A DNA stretch of 64,000 bases from Candidatus Marinacidobacterales bacterium (GCA_965237955.1 OZ250169.1:1952001-2016000); one strand, 5' to 3'; shown: positions 9,653 through 19,668, numbered from the stretch's first letter. Made by a program: numbers and translations. The notes: generated by a model not told the origin, from the letters alone.

Positions 9653-10570
9653 CTAATGGACGTCGACCTCGATCTCTTCGGGTTTCACGGAGATGATGTG
9701 GATCGCTGCTAGCTCGTCGGGACGGAGAACGCGCACCACGGGCACGACGTGGTGGCTTCCGGCCGCGACCCCGTCGAGTCGGACTTCCGCCTCCAGATCC
9801 TCTGCCCGGAGCTGTTGGACGAGGCTTTTCGGCCCCTCGACGAAAACCCGCACCGTCTTAGGGTTGAGCTCTGCATCGACACCGTCCGGCTGTGGTTTTA
9901 CCGTCACACCAGCGAGCTCTTTTCGCAGGCGAACCTCGCGCACGTCGAGGGTGAGGTCCACGCTCGATTCTTGCTCGAGGCGCACGAGCGGGTCGAGCTC
10001 GAGGCTCACCGAGCGTGAGTACGGCTGGCGCAAGCCTTCGGCGGAAACCGGCTCGGTCGTGACTTGCTCGAGGCTTCTCACTTGAGTGGCAGGACCGATG
10101 ACGGTGATGGCCTGAGGTGAGAGCTCGATGCCTACCAGCTCGAAGCCTTCGGCGGGCGCGCCCGAGACTCTGGGGATGACGTTCACGGTCTTCTCGACAG
10201 TGCGATCGAGTGCAATTTGCACGCTCGCGGGCGTGACGCGTAGGACGCGCGCGCCAAAAGGGACCGCCACGTCGTCCGGCGTCAAATAGGCGACGCGCTC
10301 GCCCGGCTCGGCTTCGGAGAGGTCGACACCGACCCTGAAATCCCGGGGCGTTAAACGGCGTAGTATCTCGGAAGGTCCGCGCAACCGGACGTCGACTTGC
10401 TGGACGGACTCTTCGACGACCTCGAGCCCCTCGGGGACGTTTCTGAGCTCCAGAGGGATCGAGAACGCGAACTCGGCCCCTTGGTCACGCGCGACGGCGT
10501 ACCAGAGCGTGATCCCGAGAACCAGGGACAACACTTTCAACCCCAGGTTTTCGGTAAGGCGTTCTCTCAT
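9653..10570 (-). CDS. cdaR: CdaR/YbbR family diadenylate cyclase regulator
   Basis: N-terminal TM helix (NLGLKVLSLVLGITLW) and repeated YbbR-like beta domains; lies between cdaA and glmM. Confidence 0.88.
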   Translation of the reverse strand: MRERLTENLGLKVLSLVLGITLWYAVARDQGAEFAFSIPLELRNVPEGLEVVEESVQQVDVRLRGPSEILRRLTPRDFRVGVDLSEAEPGERVAYLTPDDVAVPFGARVLRVTPASVQIALDRTVEKTVNVIPRVSGAPAEGFELVGIELSPQAITVIGPATQVRSLEQVTTEPVSAEGLRQPYSRSVSLELDPLVRLEQESSVDLTLDVREVRLRKELAGVTVKPQPDGVDAELNPKTVRVFVEGPKSLVQQLRAEDLEAEVRLDGVAAGSHHVVPVVRVLRPDELAAIHIISVKPEEIEVDVH

Positions 10571-11406
10571 GAGATCGGCCTTTCCGTTACCGGCGCGCTG
10601 GCTTCGGCTTCGGTGCTGCCTGCGCTCCGTGCCTCCTGTCCAAAGGCCTCGCGCAACTTCTGACGAAGCTCGTCTCCGTCGAGCCCGGACGCGATCGCAC
10701 CGTCATCGATGAAGCTCACCAGGCCCGTCTCTTCTGAGGCGACGATGGCGACCGCGTCGGTGTCTTCGGTGATGCCGATGGCGGCGCGGTGTCGTGTGCC
10801 GAGCTCCTTCGAAAGCTGCGGGTTGATCGAAATCGGAAGAAAGCACGCGGCGGCGGCGGCGCGGTCTCCTTGAATGATGACGGCGCCGTCGTGGAGTGGC
10901 GACTTTGGATTGAAGATCGACAAGAGCAGATCGTACGTCACCACGGCGTCGAGGACGATGCCACCCTCGATATAGCTCCTGAGGCCGATATCGCGTTCGA
11001 GAACCAGTATCGCGCCGATGCGGCGCCCGGCGAGGGTCAGCACCGAGAAGGCGATTTCGTCGAGCGTTCCTTTGCTGGCGGTGGGGTTCAAGAAGCTGAA
11101 CAGGGGTGCGCGGCCTAGATTGGCGAGCCCGCGCCGGAGCTCCTGCTGATAGAGGACGATGACGGCGAACCCGATGTAAGCGAGTGAGTTCCGCAACAAC
11201 CAGTTCAACGCGGTGAGCTCCGCCCACCGCGAGGCGAAAAACAGCAGCACCAGTAGAACGGTTCCCACCACCATCTGGAACGCGCGCCCGCCGCGGATGA
11301 GCTGGAAGAGCTTGTAGAACAGGAAGCTCACCAGAAAGATGTCAAAAACGGCGATGATGGAGATGTCACGCGACACGCTCTCGAAGAAGTCGAGGACTTG
11401 GTTCAT
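10567..11406 (-). CDS. cdaA: Diadenylate cyclase CdaA/DacA
   Basis: Three TM helices plus intact LHDGAV and GTRHRAA motifs. Confidence 0.95.
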   Translation of the reverse strand: MNQVLDFFESVSRDISIIAVFDIFLVSFLFYKLFQLIRGGRAFQMVVGTVLLVLLFFASRWAELTALNWLLRNSLAYIGFAVIVLYQQELRRGLANLGRAPLFSFLNPTASKGTLDEIAFSVLTLAGRRIGAILVLERDIGLRSYIEGGIVLDAVVTYDLLLSIFNPKSPLHDGAVIIQGDRAAAAACFLPISINPQLSKELGTRHRAAIGITEDTDAVAIVASEETGLVSFIDDGAIASGLDGDELRQKLREAFGQEARSAGSTEAEASAPVTERPIS

Positions 11407-12347
11407 GGCGCGACCTCTTGGGCGAGGCCCGTCGCCGTGCGAATGGCGTCCACGACCGTCACGACGTCGGACATCTCGTGGACATCGTGCACTCGAACAA
11501 CGGAGGCGCCGTTCAAGACGGCAGTGGCCACGCTGCCGGCAGTTCCGAAAATGCGGTCGTGGGACGTGTCCGAGAGCAAGCGCCCGATGAAGCTTTTGCG
11601 GGAGGTTCCTATTAGAACCGGCTTTCCCAGCTCGGCCAATGCGCCGAGCTCACGTAAGAGCGTCAGGTTGTGCTCGAGGGTTTTGCCGAAACCGATACCG
11701 GGGTCGACGAGAATCGACTCGCCGGACACTCCGGCCGCTTCCGCGCGCGCGACGGCGTTTCTCAAGTAGGCCTTCACTTCGCCGACGACATCTTCGTAGA
11801 CAGGTTCCCGCTGCATCGTCTCCGGCGTGCCGCGCATGTGCATGAGCACTACCCCCGCGCGAGCGCGTGCCGCTACTTGGGCCATACCGTCGTCGCCGAA
11901 AGCGGACACGTCGTTGACGATATCGGCCCCGGCTTCGAGCGCACGCTCGGCGACCGCGGCCTTGCGTGTGTCGATCGAGAGGAGAGCTTCGGTTCTTGCA
12001 CGTACGCCTTCGAGAACGGGCAGCACCCTTTCGAGCTCTTCTCCAACGGGAACTTCTTGACCGCCGGGCCGAGTGGACTCTCCGCCGATGTCGACGATAT
12101 CGGCACCCGCTTCGATGAGCGCGAGGGCGACTTCGACCGCTTCCGAGACTTCGGGATAGCGGCTACCTTCGTAGAAGGAGTCCGGCGTGACGTTCACGAC
12201 GCCCATGAGAGCGGTTCGCTCTCCGAGGGCGAGCTTCTTGTCGCGAGCGCGAAAAATGTGAGACGGCAGCTTGGAGTGCTTAATGCTCAAAATGCCGAGC
12301 TCCTCGCTCACTCGGTCGGTCTTTTTTTCGCGCTTCGCGCTCAACAT
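11403..12347 (-). CDS. folP: Dihydropteroate synthase
   Basis: MGVVNVTPDSF, DIGGESTRPG, DPGIGFGK, GTSRKSF, VRVHDV. Start uncertain, between about 12270 and 12347. Confidence 0.95.
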   Translation of the reverse strand: MLSAKREKKTDRVSEELGILSIKHSKLPSHIFRARDKKLALGERTALMGVVNVTPDSFYEGSRYPEVSEAVEVALALIEAGADIVDIGGESTRPGGQEVPVGEELERVLPVLEGVRARTEALLSIDTRKAAVAERALEAGADIVNDVSAFGDDGMAQVAARARAGVVLMHMRGTPETMQREPVYEDVVGEVKAYLRNAVARAEAAGVSGESILVDPGIGFGKTLEHNLTLLRELGALAELGKPVLIGTSRKSFIGRLLSDTSHDRIFGTAGSVATAVLNGASVVRVHDVHEMSDVVTVVDAIRTATGLAQEVAP

Positions 12348-12582
12348 CTCATACCTTTGAAGCAGCCCGATGCGGACGATTGTCGGTACATAAAGGGCCG
12401 GGCTCGTCGTCTTTCTTGCAACGCGCCCGTTCTTCGAACGGGCTTGCGTTCCGCTCGACCGGCTCGCTGCACGAGGCGGTCGCGCAGGGCCGCGCGGTCC
12501 TTGCTTCAGCGCCCTGCTGTGCTCATGCTCGCTCCCGCCCTCGCCAATCTTGGCGAGCTCCCCTCGAGCTCGATGGCTAGCG

Positions 12583-14523
12583 TTAACTCTGGGGGACGCT
12601 ACCCGGATTTTGCAGAATGGGCGGGGTGAGAGGCGCCTTCCGCTCCTCGTCGGCTTCCTTAGCCTCGGGTTCGTCTTTCCTATCTGGGACCACGTCGTCC
12701 GATTTCGGCTCGCGCTCCTTGAGAGGAAGACCATCGATGATCATCTTCACGTCTTCGGCGTCGAGCACCTCACGTTCGAGGAGTGCGTCGGCCACTTTGT
12801 CGAGGATTTCGCGGTTTTTGGTCAAGATGGTCTTAGCGCGCTCGTAGTTCTCGTGGACGATGCGCTTGACCTCTTGGTCGATCTGGACCGCAGTGGCCTC
12901 ACTGTAATCCTGATGTCGGGCGATGTCACGACCGAGAAAGACCTGCTCTTCCGGGCGGCCGAACGTGAGAGGACCCATTTTCTCGCTCATGCCCCACTCG
13001 CATACCATCTTGCGCGCGAGCTCGGTGGCCTTTTCGAGATCGTCGTGGGCTCCGGTGGTGAGCTGATTGAGAACGAGTTCTTCGGCGAGCCTTCCGCCCA
13101 TGGCGACGGCAATCCTGGCGTTGACGTAGTCCTTGTCGTGGCTGAGCCGATCGGTTTCCGGGAGCATCATGGTAACGCCCATCGCCATACCTCGAGGGAT
13201 GATGGTCACTTTGTGGATGGGGTCGGCATTCTCGATGAGCGCGGCAACGAGCGCGTGGCCCCCTTCGTGATAGGCCGTCGTGCGCTTTTCTTCGTCACTC
13301 ATGATCAGCGAGCGCCGCTCCGCGCCCATGAGCACTTTGTCTTTGGCCTCTTCGAAGTCGTCCATCGTGACGACCTTTTGACCGAGCCGGGCGGCATTCA
13401 ACGCCGCTTCGTTCACGAGGTTGGCGATGTCAGCGCCGGAGAAGCCCGGAGTCCCGCGCGCCAGGATCATCAAGTCGACGTCGTTCGCGAGCGGAATGCG
13501 GCTGGTGTGGACTTTGAATATACCGTCGCGGCCGTTGACGTCGGGAAGCGACACGACGACTCGCCGGTCGAAACGACCAGGGCGTAGAAGCGCCGGATCG
13601 AGGACGTCGGGCCGATTGGTCGCCGCGATGAGGATGACGCCTTCGTTGGATTCGAAGCCGTCCATCTCGACGAGGAGCTGATTCAACGTTTGTTCGCGCT
13701 CGTCGTGCCCGCCGCCGAGGCCGGCACCACGGTGGCGGCCGACGGCATCGATCTCATCGATAAAGATGATGCACGGTGCGTTCTTCTTGCCCTGCTCGAA
13801 CAAATCGCGCACGCGGCTCGCGCCGACGCCCACGAACATCTCGACGAAGTCGGAGCCTGAGATCGAGAAAAACGGCACGCTGGCCTCGCCCGAGATCGCC
13901 CGCGCGAGGAGCGTTTTCCCCGTTCCTGGAGGTCCCATCAACAGAACGCCCTTTGGGATCCTCCCCCCGAGCTTCTGGAACTTTTGCGGCTCGCGGAGGA
14001 AGTCGATGATCTCGCGAAGCTCCGCTTTGGCCTCGTCGACGCCGGCGACGTCCTTGAACGTCACCTTTTTCTGTTGGCTGGAACTGAGCTTGGCTTTGCT
14101 CTTGCCGAAAGACAGAGCTCGATTGCCCGATCCTTGCATTTGCCGCATGAAAAAGATCAGGAACGCGATCATGATGACGATGGGCGTCCAGCTGATGATA
14201 TGCCCGAGCCAAGACGAGCTATTGGCATCTCGCGCGGTGACCTCGACTCCTTTGTCGAGCATCACGTTGACGAGGTTTTCCATCTGCGGCGGCGCGAACG
14301 TGCGGATCGACTGGCCATTCTTGAACTCGCCCACGATCTGGCTTCCGGCGCCGGTGCCGGTGATGACCACCTTCGCCACGTGACCGCGATCGAGCTGCGC
14401 CATGAAATCGCTGAAGCTGAGCTGGCGTTCGTTTTTCTGAATGCGCGACGAGACACTCCAGAAGAGAAAGATCACGAGAGCCGCAACCATCCAGAACATC
14501 AAGTTCTTCATGGTGGAGTTCAA
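12583..14523 (-). CDS. ftsH: ATP-dependent zinc metalloprotease FtsH
   Basis: Two TM helices, [20 protein letters not shown] and HEGGH. Confidence 0.98.
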   Translation of the reverse strand: MNSTMKNLMFWMVAALVIFLFWSVSSRIQKNERQLSFSDFMAQLDRGHVAKVVITGTGAGSQIVGEFKNGQSIRTFAPPQMENLVNVMLDKGVEVTARDANSSSWLGHIISWTPIVIMIAFLIFFMRQMQGSGNRALSFGKSKAKLSSSQQKKVTFKDVAGVDEAKAELREIIDFLREPQKFQKLGGRIPKGVLLMGPPGTGKTLLARAISGEASVPFFSISGSDFVEMFVGVGASRVRDLFEQGKKNAPCIIFIDEIDAVGRHRGAGLGGGHDEREQTLNQLLVEMDGFESNEGVILIAATNRPDVLDPALLRPGRFDRRVVVSLPDVNGRDGIFKVHTSRIPLANDVDLMILARGTPGFSGADIANLVNEAALNAARLGQKVVTMDDFEEAKDKVLMGAERRSLIMSDEEKRTTAYHEGGHALVAALIENADPIHKVTIIPRGMAMGVTMMLPETDRLSHDKDYVNARIAVAMGGRLAEELVLNQLTTGAHDDLEKATELARKMVCEWGMSEKMGPLTFGRPEEQVFLGRDIARHQDYSEATAVQIDQEVKRIVHENYERAKTILTKNREILDKVADALLEREVLDAEDVKMIIDGLPLKEREPKSDDVVPDRKDEPEAKEADEERKAPLTPPILQNPGSVPQS

Positions 14524-14578
14524 GAGCCGCCTCCGGTTCGAGAAGATTTCGAACGCGTCAAATGGAACAAGATCATCA

Positions 14579-15100
14579 TTATGAGGCCTCCGCGAGTCCG
14601 AGAAATGGTGTCCCCCGGTGTTGTTCGTGAAGTCCTAGGCCGTAGCCCGCGACGAAGCCTTCTTTCGAAAGCTCGAAACACGCGTAATCTACAGGACAGT
14701 CCACCTTACGGTGGTTCTCGCGGTTGATCAATGCGGCCACTTTGAGGGTGCGGGGTTTCCACGTTTCCTCGATATGGCCAGTGATAAAGCTCAAGGTCAC
14801 TCCAGTGTCGACAACGCCCTGTATCAGTAATACGTCACGGGCGCTGAAATCGTTCGCTTGACCGAACGCGACATCCACGCGTTTCGCGTCTTCGGTTGTA
14901 ACCTTCAGGAAATCGCAGGTGAGGGAGCAGTCGATGGCACGAATCAGGTCGGCCATGAAGACCATGGGGTTCGGGAGCACACCCACGCAGGCAATGTTGC
15001 CGTCGGGGTGGTCGTTTGCGATGTCGGCGCCGAGCTCGCGCACACGCTTGCCGATCACGTCGGTGCTGTAGAGGACTGATAGCCCTGTCCCTTTGCTCAT
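14579..15100 (-). CDS. hpt: Hypoxanthine phosphoribosyltransferase-like protein with degenerate catalytic motifs
   Basis: [15 protein letters not shown] and FVAGYGL; located between tilS and ftsH with an ATGA overlap on tilS. Confidence 0.8.
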   Translation of the reverse strand: MSKGTGLSVLYSTDVIGKRVRELGADIANDHPDGNIACVGVLPNPMVFMADLIRAIDCSLTCDFLKVTTEDAKRVDVAFGQANDFSARDVLLIQGVVDTGVTLSFITGHIEETWKPRTLKVAALINRENHRKVDCPVDYACFELSKEGFVAGYGLGLHEQHRGTPFLGLAEAS

Positions 15101-16560
15101 TGACTCATCCATTCGAGGTGAAGGCGACGACGTCCGGCCCCAAGTCGCGCTCGTTCAGAGACGGCATGCCCGGCGACCCAGAGAATCTCATCTGCATCGG
15201 CGCGCACCACCAATGGTACGTGACGCCTGTCTCCTTTCGCGACTTTTCGCTCCATCAGATACCGCGCGAGCGGCTTCGAACCGGGGGCTCCGAGCGGCCT
15301 GAATCGATCCGACGCCCTAGGGCTTCTGACCCTAAGCTCCCAAAGCCCGTCCTCGATTCCCCTGCCCTCGATTCCGATGTCGACCGCGGTTCCCGCGGCC
15401 GCGGCCAGCTTATCCCCGGCCCGAACCGACTCCACGAGATGCGCCGTGAGCAACCCCCGACACTCCGTGATGTGGAGCTTCGCGGGGATCGGCAAACGGT
15501 AGTCATACTTATTATAGACGTTTGTACATTGCTTGCGCCCGCGAGTGGCCGGAGTGGCCCGAGTCGTAAAGATGAGCTCGCCAAAGGACCGCTCCGCGGT
15601 GAGACCCGGGAGGTGAACCTCGCGGCCACTTTTTCCGTCCTCGAGCAGGCCAAGCACATCCGCGACGTGACCCGAGGTCAGGTTCGCGGTATCTCCGTTC
15701 ACGTGCTCGACGGCAAGGCGAGTCAGCCGCCTGCGGAGGGCGGGGTGCAAGGCGTCGAGAGCGGAGACCGAGAGCGAGATTCCGTTCCCGATCGCGACGG
15801 CGGCTGTGGCTGCCTTAGTGAACGCCTTCCGCGCCCGAGCTTCCATGAAATCTTCTTCGTCCCTCAGGATCTCGGCGCTCCGCGCGAGGGTCTCGACAAG
15901 CTTGGGATTGAGCTCGTCCGCGACATACGGCAGGACATCATGCCGTAGGCGGTTGCGGGTGAAGCGGCGATCGAGGTTGCTCGCGTCTTCTCGGTACGAG
16001 AGGCCGCGCTCTTCGAGATAGGCGAGGATCTCGTGGCGGCGCACGTCGATGAGCGGACGGATGATGTCGGCATTCTCTTTTTTTACAACAGGATACACGG
16101 ATGAAAGGCCTCGGACGCCAGAGCCGCGGGCGAGACGCATCATGAATGTCTCGGCCTGGTCGTCCATCGTGTGGCCGACGGCGATACGGTCGCACACGTG
16201 ATGCGCCGCCTGCTCGGACAAAAACGCATAGCGGGCTCGTCGCGCTTCGTCCTCGATGGAGCGGCCGGCGGTTTTGGCTCGGGAAGCGACATCGATGCGC
16301 CCGGCGACGAAAGGCAGGTGTAGAGCGTCCGCGAGCTCGTGACAGAAAGCTTCGTCATCGTCCGCCTCCGCTCTGAGCCCATGGTGCAGGTGGGCGGCGA
16401 TGAGCTCGATTCCAAGCTTCGTTGTGAGCTCGAAGAGCACGTGGGTTAGCACGACGGAATCAGGGCCGCCGGACAATCCGATTAGCACGCGCCGAGCACG
16501 CTTGGCTGGGCACACCATCGCGTGGCGCTGAATCGTCCGCAGAATCTTTGTCGTCAACAT
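15097..16560 (-). CDS. tilS: tRNA(Ile)-lysidine synthetase
   Basis: SGGPDS, HHGLR, GHTMDDQAETF, RNRLRH and a TilS_C domain. Confidence 0.97.
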   Translation of the reverse strand: MLTTKILRTIQRHAMVCPAKRARRVLIGLSGGPDSVVLTHVLFELTTKLGIELIAAHLHHGLRAEADDDEAFCHELADALHLPFVAGRIDVASRAKTAGRSIEDEARRARYAFLSEQAAHHVCDRIAVGHTMDDQAETFMMRLARGSGVRGLSSVYPVVKKENADIIRPLIDVRRHEILAYLEERGLSYREDASNLDRRFTRNRLRHDVLPYVADELNPKLVETLARSAEILRDEEDFMEARARKAFTKAATAAVAIGNGISLSVSALDALHPALRRRLTRLAVEHVNGDTANLTSGHVADVLGLLEDGKSGREVHLPGLTAERSFGELIFTTRATPATRGRKQCTNVYNKYDYRLPIPAKLHITECRGLLTAHLVESVRAGDKLAAAAGTAVDIGIEGRGIEDGLWELRVRSPRASDRFRPLGAPGSKPLARYLMERKVAKGDRRHVPLVVRADADEILWVAGHAVSERARLGAGRRRLHLEWMSQ

Positions 16561-16699
16561 CGTCGGAAGACGGGGAGGGGCAGGGCAGCCCGTCCGATCG
16601 TTTGGAGTTTCGGCCTAAGTGTATTATATTAGAAGAGTTAGGTCACCCTGTCAAGGAAAGTCGCGAAAGTTTCCCCCGCGAGGAGAGGGGTTCGAGACC

Positions 16700-16867
16700 A
16701 TGGAAGGCCAATGCGGGCACTGCGGCATCAGTGAGGAGGAGCGGGAGCTGAAAAAGTGTGTCATGTGCTTCCGTATTTACTGTGTGGAGTGCGAGTACGA
16801 CCGCAATGGCCGCCCGTTCTGCTCCAAGCAATGTTCTGAGCTCTTCTTCTTTGGTGACGAAGATTAG
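16700..16867 (+). CDS. 55-aa Cys-rich putative double zinc-finger protein
   Basis: CxxC, CxxC, CxxC and CxxxC; GAGGGG RBS before the ATG. Confidence 0.75.
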   Translation: MEGQCGHCGISEEERELKKCVMCFRIYCVECEYDRNGRPFCSKQCSELFFFGDED

Positions 16868-16870
16868 ATC

Positions 16871-17067
16871 AGCATCCAGCATCCAGCATTCAGTTCAACT
16901 CGCGAACTTTGCCTTCGGGCCACGCTGTCCAAAACATTGGTAGGACGTCGCGTTCCGGCGGCGTTACCTGACCCGAAGGTTAGAGCCCTATTGGCGCGGC
17001 GACGACGCTACCGACGGGCAACGTTCGCGAATTGAACCGAATGCTGAATGCTGAATGCCGGAATGCT
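16871..17067. repeat. Hairpin/MITE-like element tipped with GCAT(C/T)CA heptamer repeats
   Basis: Left arm AGCATCCAGCATCCAGCATTCAGTTCAACTCGCGAACTTTGCC pairs with right arm GGCAACGTTCGCGAATTGAACCGAATGCTGAATGCTGAATGC. Confidence 0.8.
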
Positions 17068-18324
17068 TTATCGGGTTTTGCGGGCTCTTACGCGTAGCAC
17101 GCGATTACCGGTGACCTTGTCGACCGATAGTAGGGCGCCTTCGACCTCGAGCTCCTCGCCAGCCACGGGGATGTGGCCTAGCCGGTCGAGCATATAGCCG
17201 GCCAGGGTGTGGTAGTCGGCTTGCTCGGGAATGTCGAGACCCAACCGCTCGTTGGTGTCTTTGACGGAGAAGGCGCCGTCGAGGAGGAGGCTCCCATCCG
17301 GAAGCTCGACCACCTGCGACTCTGGTTCGTCTTTTTCGTCCAGCAGCTCACCCACGATCTCCTCTAGAAGATCCTCGAGGGTGACGAGGCCTTCGACACC
17401 TCCATGCTCGTCGACGACGAGCGCCAGGTGGGTCCTTTGATGCTGGAGCTGTTCGAGCGCTTGTTCGACTTTTGCCGAGTCGGGAATGAAGTACGTCTTC
17501 CGCAGGACCTGCTCGAGCCGGAACGGGATGTGCGCCCCCCAATAGGTGAGGACGTCCTTGGCGAAGAGAAGTCCAACGATGTTGTCCAGGGTCCCGTCGT
17601 AGACGGGCATGCGCGAGAATCGCCGGTTCTGGATCAGACGAACGATGCCTTCGAGTGGGGTGTCCTTCTCGACCGCGACCATTTCCGTGCGCGGCACCAT
17701 GATCTCGGCGACCCGCTTTTCACCGAGCTCGATGACTCTTCGGAGCATTTGCCGGCGGGAGCCGCGCTCTTCTTCGGGAACGCCGCCTGCGTAGAGGATG
17801 CCTTTGATCTCCTCCAGGGTGACCGCCGAGCTCAGAGCACCCGTGCTCACCCCGAACAGAGACAAAAATACGTTCGATACCCGGGTCAAGAGCCACACCA
17901 CGGGCGCGCCCAACTTGATGAGTGCGGTGATGGGACGGATGACGAGGAGGGACCAGCCTTCGGGATGGCGTGCGGCGAGGCTCTTGGGAACCATCTCCCC
18001 GAAGACGAGGATGAGCGCGGTGAGGCCGATCGACGCGAAAAAGATCGTACGGGCCTGCGGATCTTCAGAAGCAACGACAACGGTGACGGCATAGGTGAGG
18101 AGAGCACCGGCGGCGGTGTTGACGAACACATTCCCGGTGAGGATCGTGCCCAGGACTTTCTCGGGATGGGCGACGACGTCGACGACGAGCGCGGCTTTCG
18201 GCTTGGTCCGCGCGAGGTGTCGCAGCCGGTAGCGGTCGAGCGACATGAGCGCCGTCTCCGATCCGGAGAAAAACGCAGAGAAGGCGAGGACCAGGACCAG
18301 GACCAGTACAAGAGCGACTATCAT
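17068..18324 (-). CDS. HlyC/CorC (CNNM-CBS-CorC) family transporter
   Basis: SAFFSGSETAL, FGEMVPK, IMVPRT, FSRMPVY, VVDEHGG and TLEDLLEEIVGE. Confidence 0.93.
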   Translation of the reverse strand: MIVALVLVLVLVLAFSAFFSGSETALMSLDRYRLRHLARTKPKAALVVDVVAHPEKVLGTILTGNVFVNTAAGALLTYAVTVVVASEDPQARTIFFASIGLTALILVFGEMVPKSLAARHPEGWSLLVIRPITALIKLGAPVVWLLTRVSNVFLSLFGVSTGALSSAVTLEEIKGILYAGGVPEEERGSRRQMLRRVIELGEKRVAEIMVPRTEMVAVEKDTPLEGIVRLIQNRRFSRMPVYDGTLDNIVGLLFAKDVLTYWGAHIPFRLEQVLRKTYFIPDSAKVEQALEQLQHQRTHLALVVDEHGGVEGLVTLEDLLEEIVGELLDEKDEPESQVVELPDGSLLLDGAFSVKDTNERLGLDIPEQADYHTLAGYMLDRLGHIPVAGEELEVEGALLSVDKVTGNRVLRVRARKTR

Positions 18325-18438
18325 CGCGTTCTTAGCAAGTGTCTCACAAGTTGCCCGAGCACTCAGCCCATTGCTGGTGCGGTCTTGGTCGGGCACCGGC
18401 ACGGGCACGGGGGCTTCGCATCGCGGTACAATCCTGAA

Positions 18439-18537
18439 ATGGAGCTGAGCGGCATCGTGATGATGATCCTCGTTCTTGGAGGTCTCTGGGGTGGGTTCGC
18501 GTACTTCCTGTGCCACACCCTGAGCCAGGACAAATAG
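18439..18537 (+). CDS. MetS-like small membrane subunit of NSS transporters (32 aa)
   Basis: MELSGIVMMILVLGGLWGGFAYFL... matches the recalled I-MM...LWGG pattern; TACAAT lies 6 nt upstream. Confidence 0.65.
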   Translation: MELSGIVMMILVLGGLWGGFAYFLCHTLSQDK

Positions 18538-18541
18538 CTCA

Positions 18542-19531
18542 GTGGGTGTTGCGGTCGTCGGTGCGGGAGCCTGGGGCACGGCCCTCGCGAAGCTTCTCGC
18601 CGACAAAGGCGAGGCGGTCACTCTTTGGTGCCGCGAGCCCGAGGTCGCAGCGTCGATTCGAGATCGCCAGGTCAACGAGGCGTTCCTGCCGGATGCGCCG
18701 CTCCCAGGCACACTCGAGGCCACGAACGAGCTCGCCGAAGCTGTCGAGGGTCGCGATCTTATCGTTCTCGCGGTGCCATCGCAGTTCCTGCGCTTCGTCG
18801 TCGAGGAGCTCGCCTCTCGCGTCGGGAGCGAGCAGCGGCTCGTGAGCGCCACCAAAGGCATCGAGGAGAGAACCCTCCTGAGGATGAGCGAGGTCGTCGC
18901 CGACGCGCTCGCGTTTACGCCCGATCTCACCGCAATCTCCGGTCCGTCGTTCGCGAAAGAAGTCTCCCGTGGCGAGCCCACCGCGCTCGTGGCTGCGAGT
19001 GCAACCGTTGGCTCGGCCGAGACCGTACAGAGCCGGCTATCTACAAAGAGCTTCCGCGTGTACACAAGCGACGATGTCGTGGGGGTCGAGCTCGGGGGCG
19101 CGCTGAAGAACGTCATCGCGCTCGCCGTGGGCGTGGCGTCGGGACTCGGTCTCGGCTACAACCCGAAAGCGGCCCTCATGGCGCGCGGATTGAAAGAAAT
19201 CGAGCGCCTTGCCGAGGCGATGGGCGGCAAGCGCGAAACGCTATCGGGGCTCTCCGGCATGGGCGATTTGGTGCTCACGTGCACCGGAGAGCTCTCGAGA
19301 AACCGAACCGTGGGCGTCGCCCTCGGCCTAGGCGAGCCCCTCGACGCCATTCTCGGAAAGATGCGCCAAGTTGCCGAAGGCGTCAGCACGACCCACGCCG
19401 CCGTCGCCCTCGCGCGTCGCCACGGTGTCGACATGCCCATAGCTGTGCAAATGGAGCGGCTGCTTTTGGGGGAGATAACAGCTTCGCAGGCGGTAGAGGA
19501 GTTGTTGGCGAGGCCGCTGAAAGCTGAATAG
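18542..19531 (+). CDS. gpsA: NAD(P)H-dependent glycerol-3-phosphate dehydrogenase
   Basis: GAGAWGTAL, ATKGIE, GALKNVIA, GDLVLTC, SRNR and AEGV. Confidence 0.96.
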   Translation: MGVAVVGAGAWGTALAKLLADKGEAVTLWCREPEVAASIRDRQVNEAFLPDAPLPGTLEATNELAEAVEGRDLIVLAVPSQFLRFVVEELASRVGSEQRLVSATKGIEERTLLRMSEVVADALAFTPDLTAISGPSFAKEVSRGEPTALVAASATVGSAETVQSRLSTKSFRVYTSDDVVGVELGGALKNVIALAVGVASGLGLGYNPKAALMARGLKEIERLAEAMGGKRETLSGLSGMGDLVLTCTGELSRNRTVGVALGLGEPLDAILGKMRQVAEGVSTTHAAVALARRHGVDMPIAVQMERLLLGEITASQAVEELLARPLKAE

Positions 19532-19536
19532 ATTTC

Positions 19537-19658
19537 GCCATCGGCCATCAGCAGGCTCGAGTTGTACTCGCCTCAGGATGGCACAGTCCGATCGCAACGA
19601 CACTGCCCCGTACTTGGTGAGGGCGACTAGAACCTGCTGATGGCTGATGGCCGATGGC
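19537..19658. repeat. Hairpin/MITE-like element tipped with GCCATC(A/G) heptamer repeats
   Basis: GCCATCGGCCATCAGCAGG...CCTGCTGATGGCTGATGGCCGATGGC inverted arms between convergent gpsA and mqnC. Confidence 0.8.
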
Positions 19659-19668
19659 TGAAGGCGGA

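Noticed and set aside
18391-18413. GGGCAC/GGGCTC hexamer runs (also about 31824-31850 and 52183-52201) as a distinct element
   Set aside because: Short simple repeats without paired arms; too little sequence to support a call.
18325-19116. Long N-terminal extension of the CorC-family ORF (similarly for folP, mqnE, ubiX, gmhA and hemE)
   Set aside because: The extensions overlap other real genes or promoters; family similarity begins only at the downstream starts.
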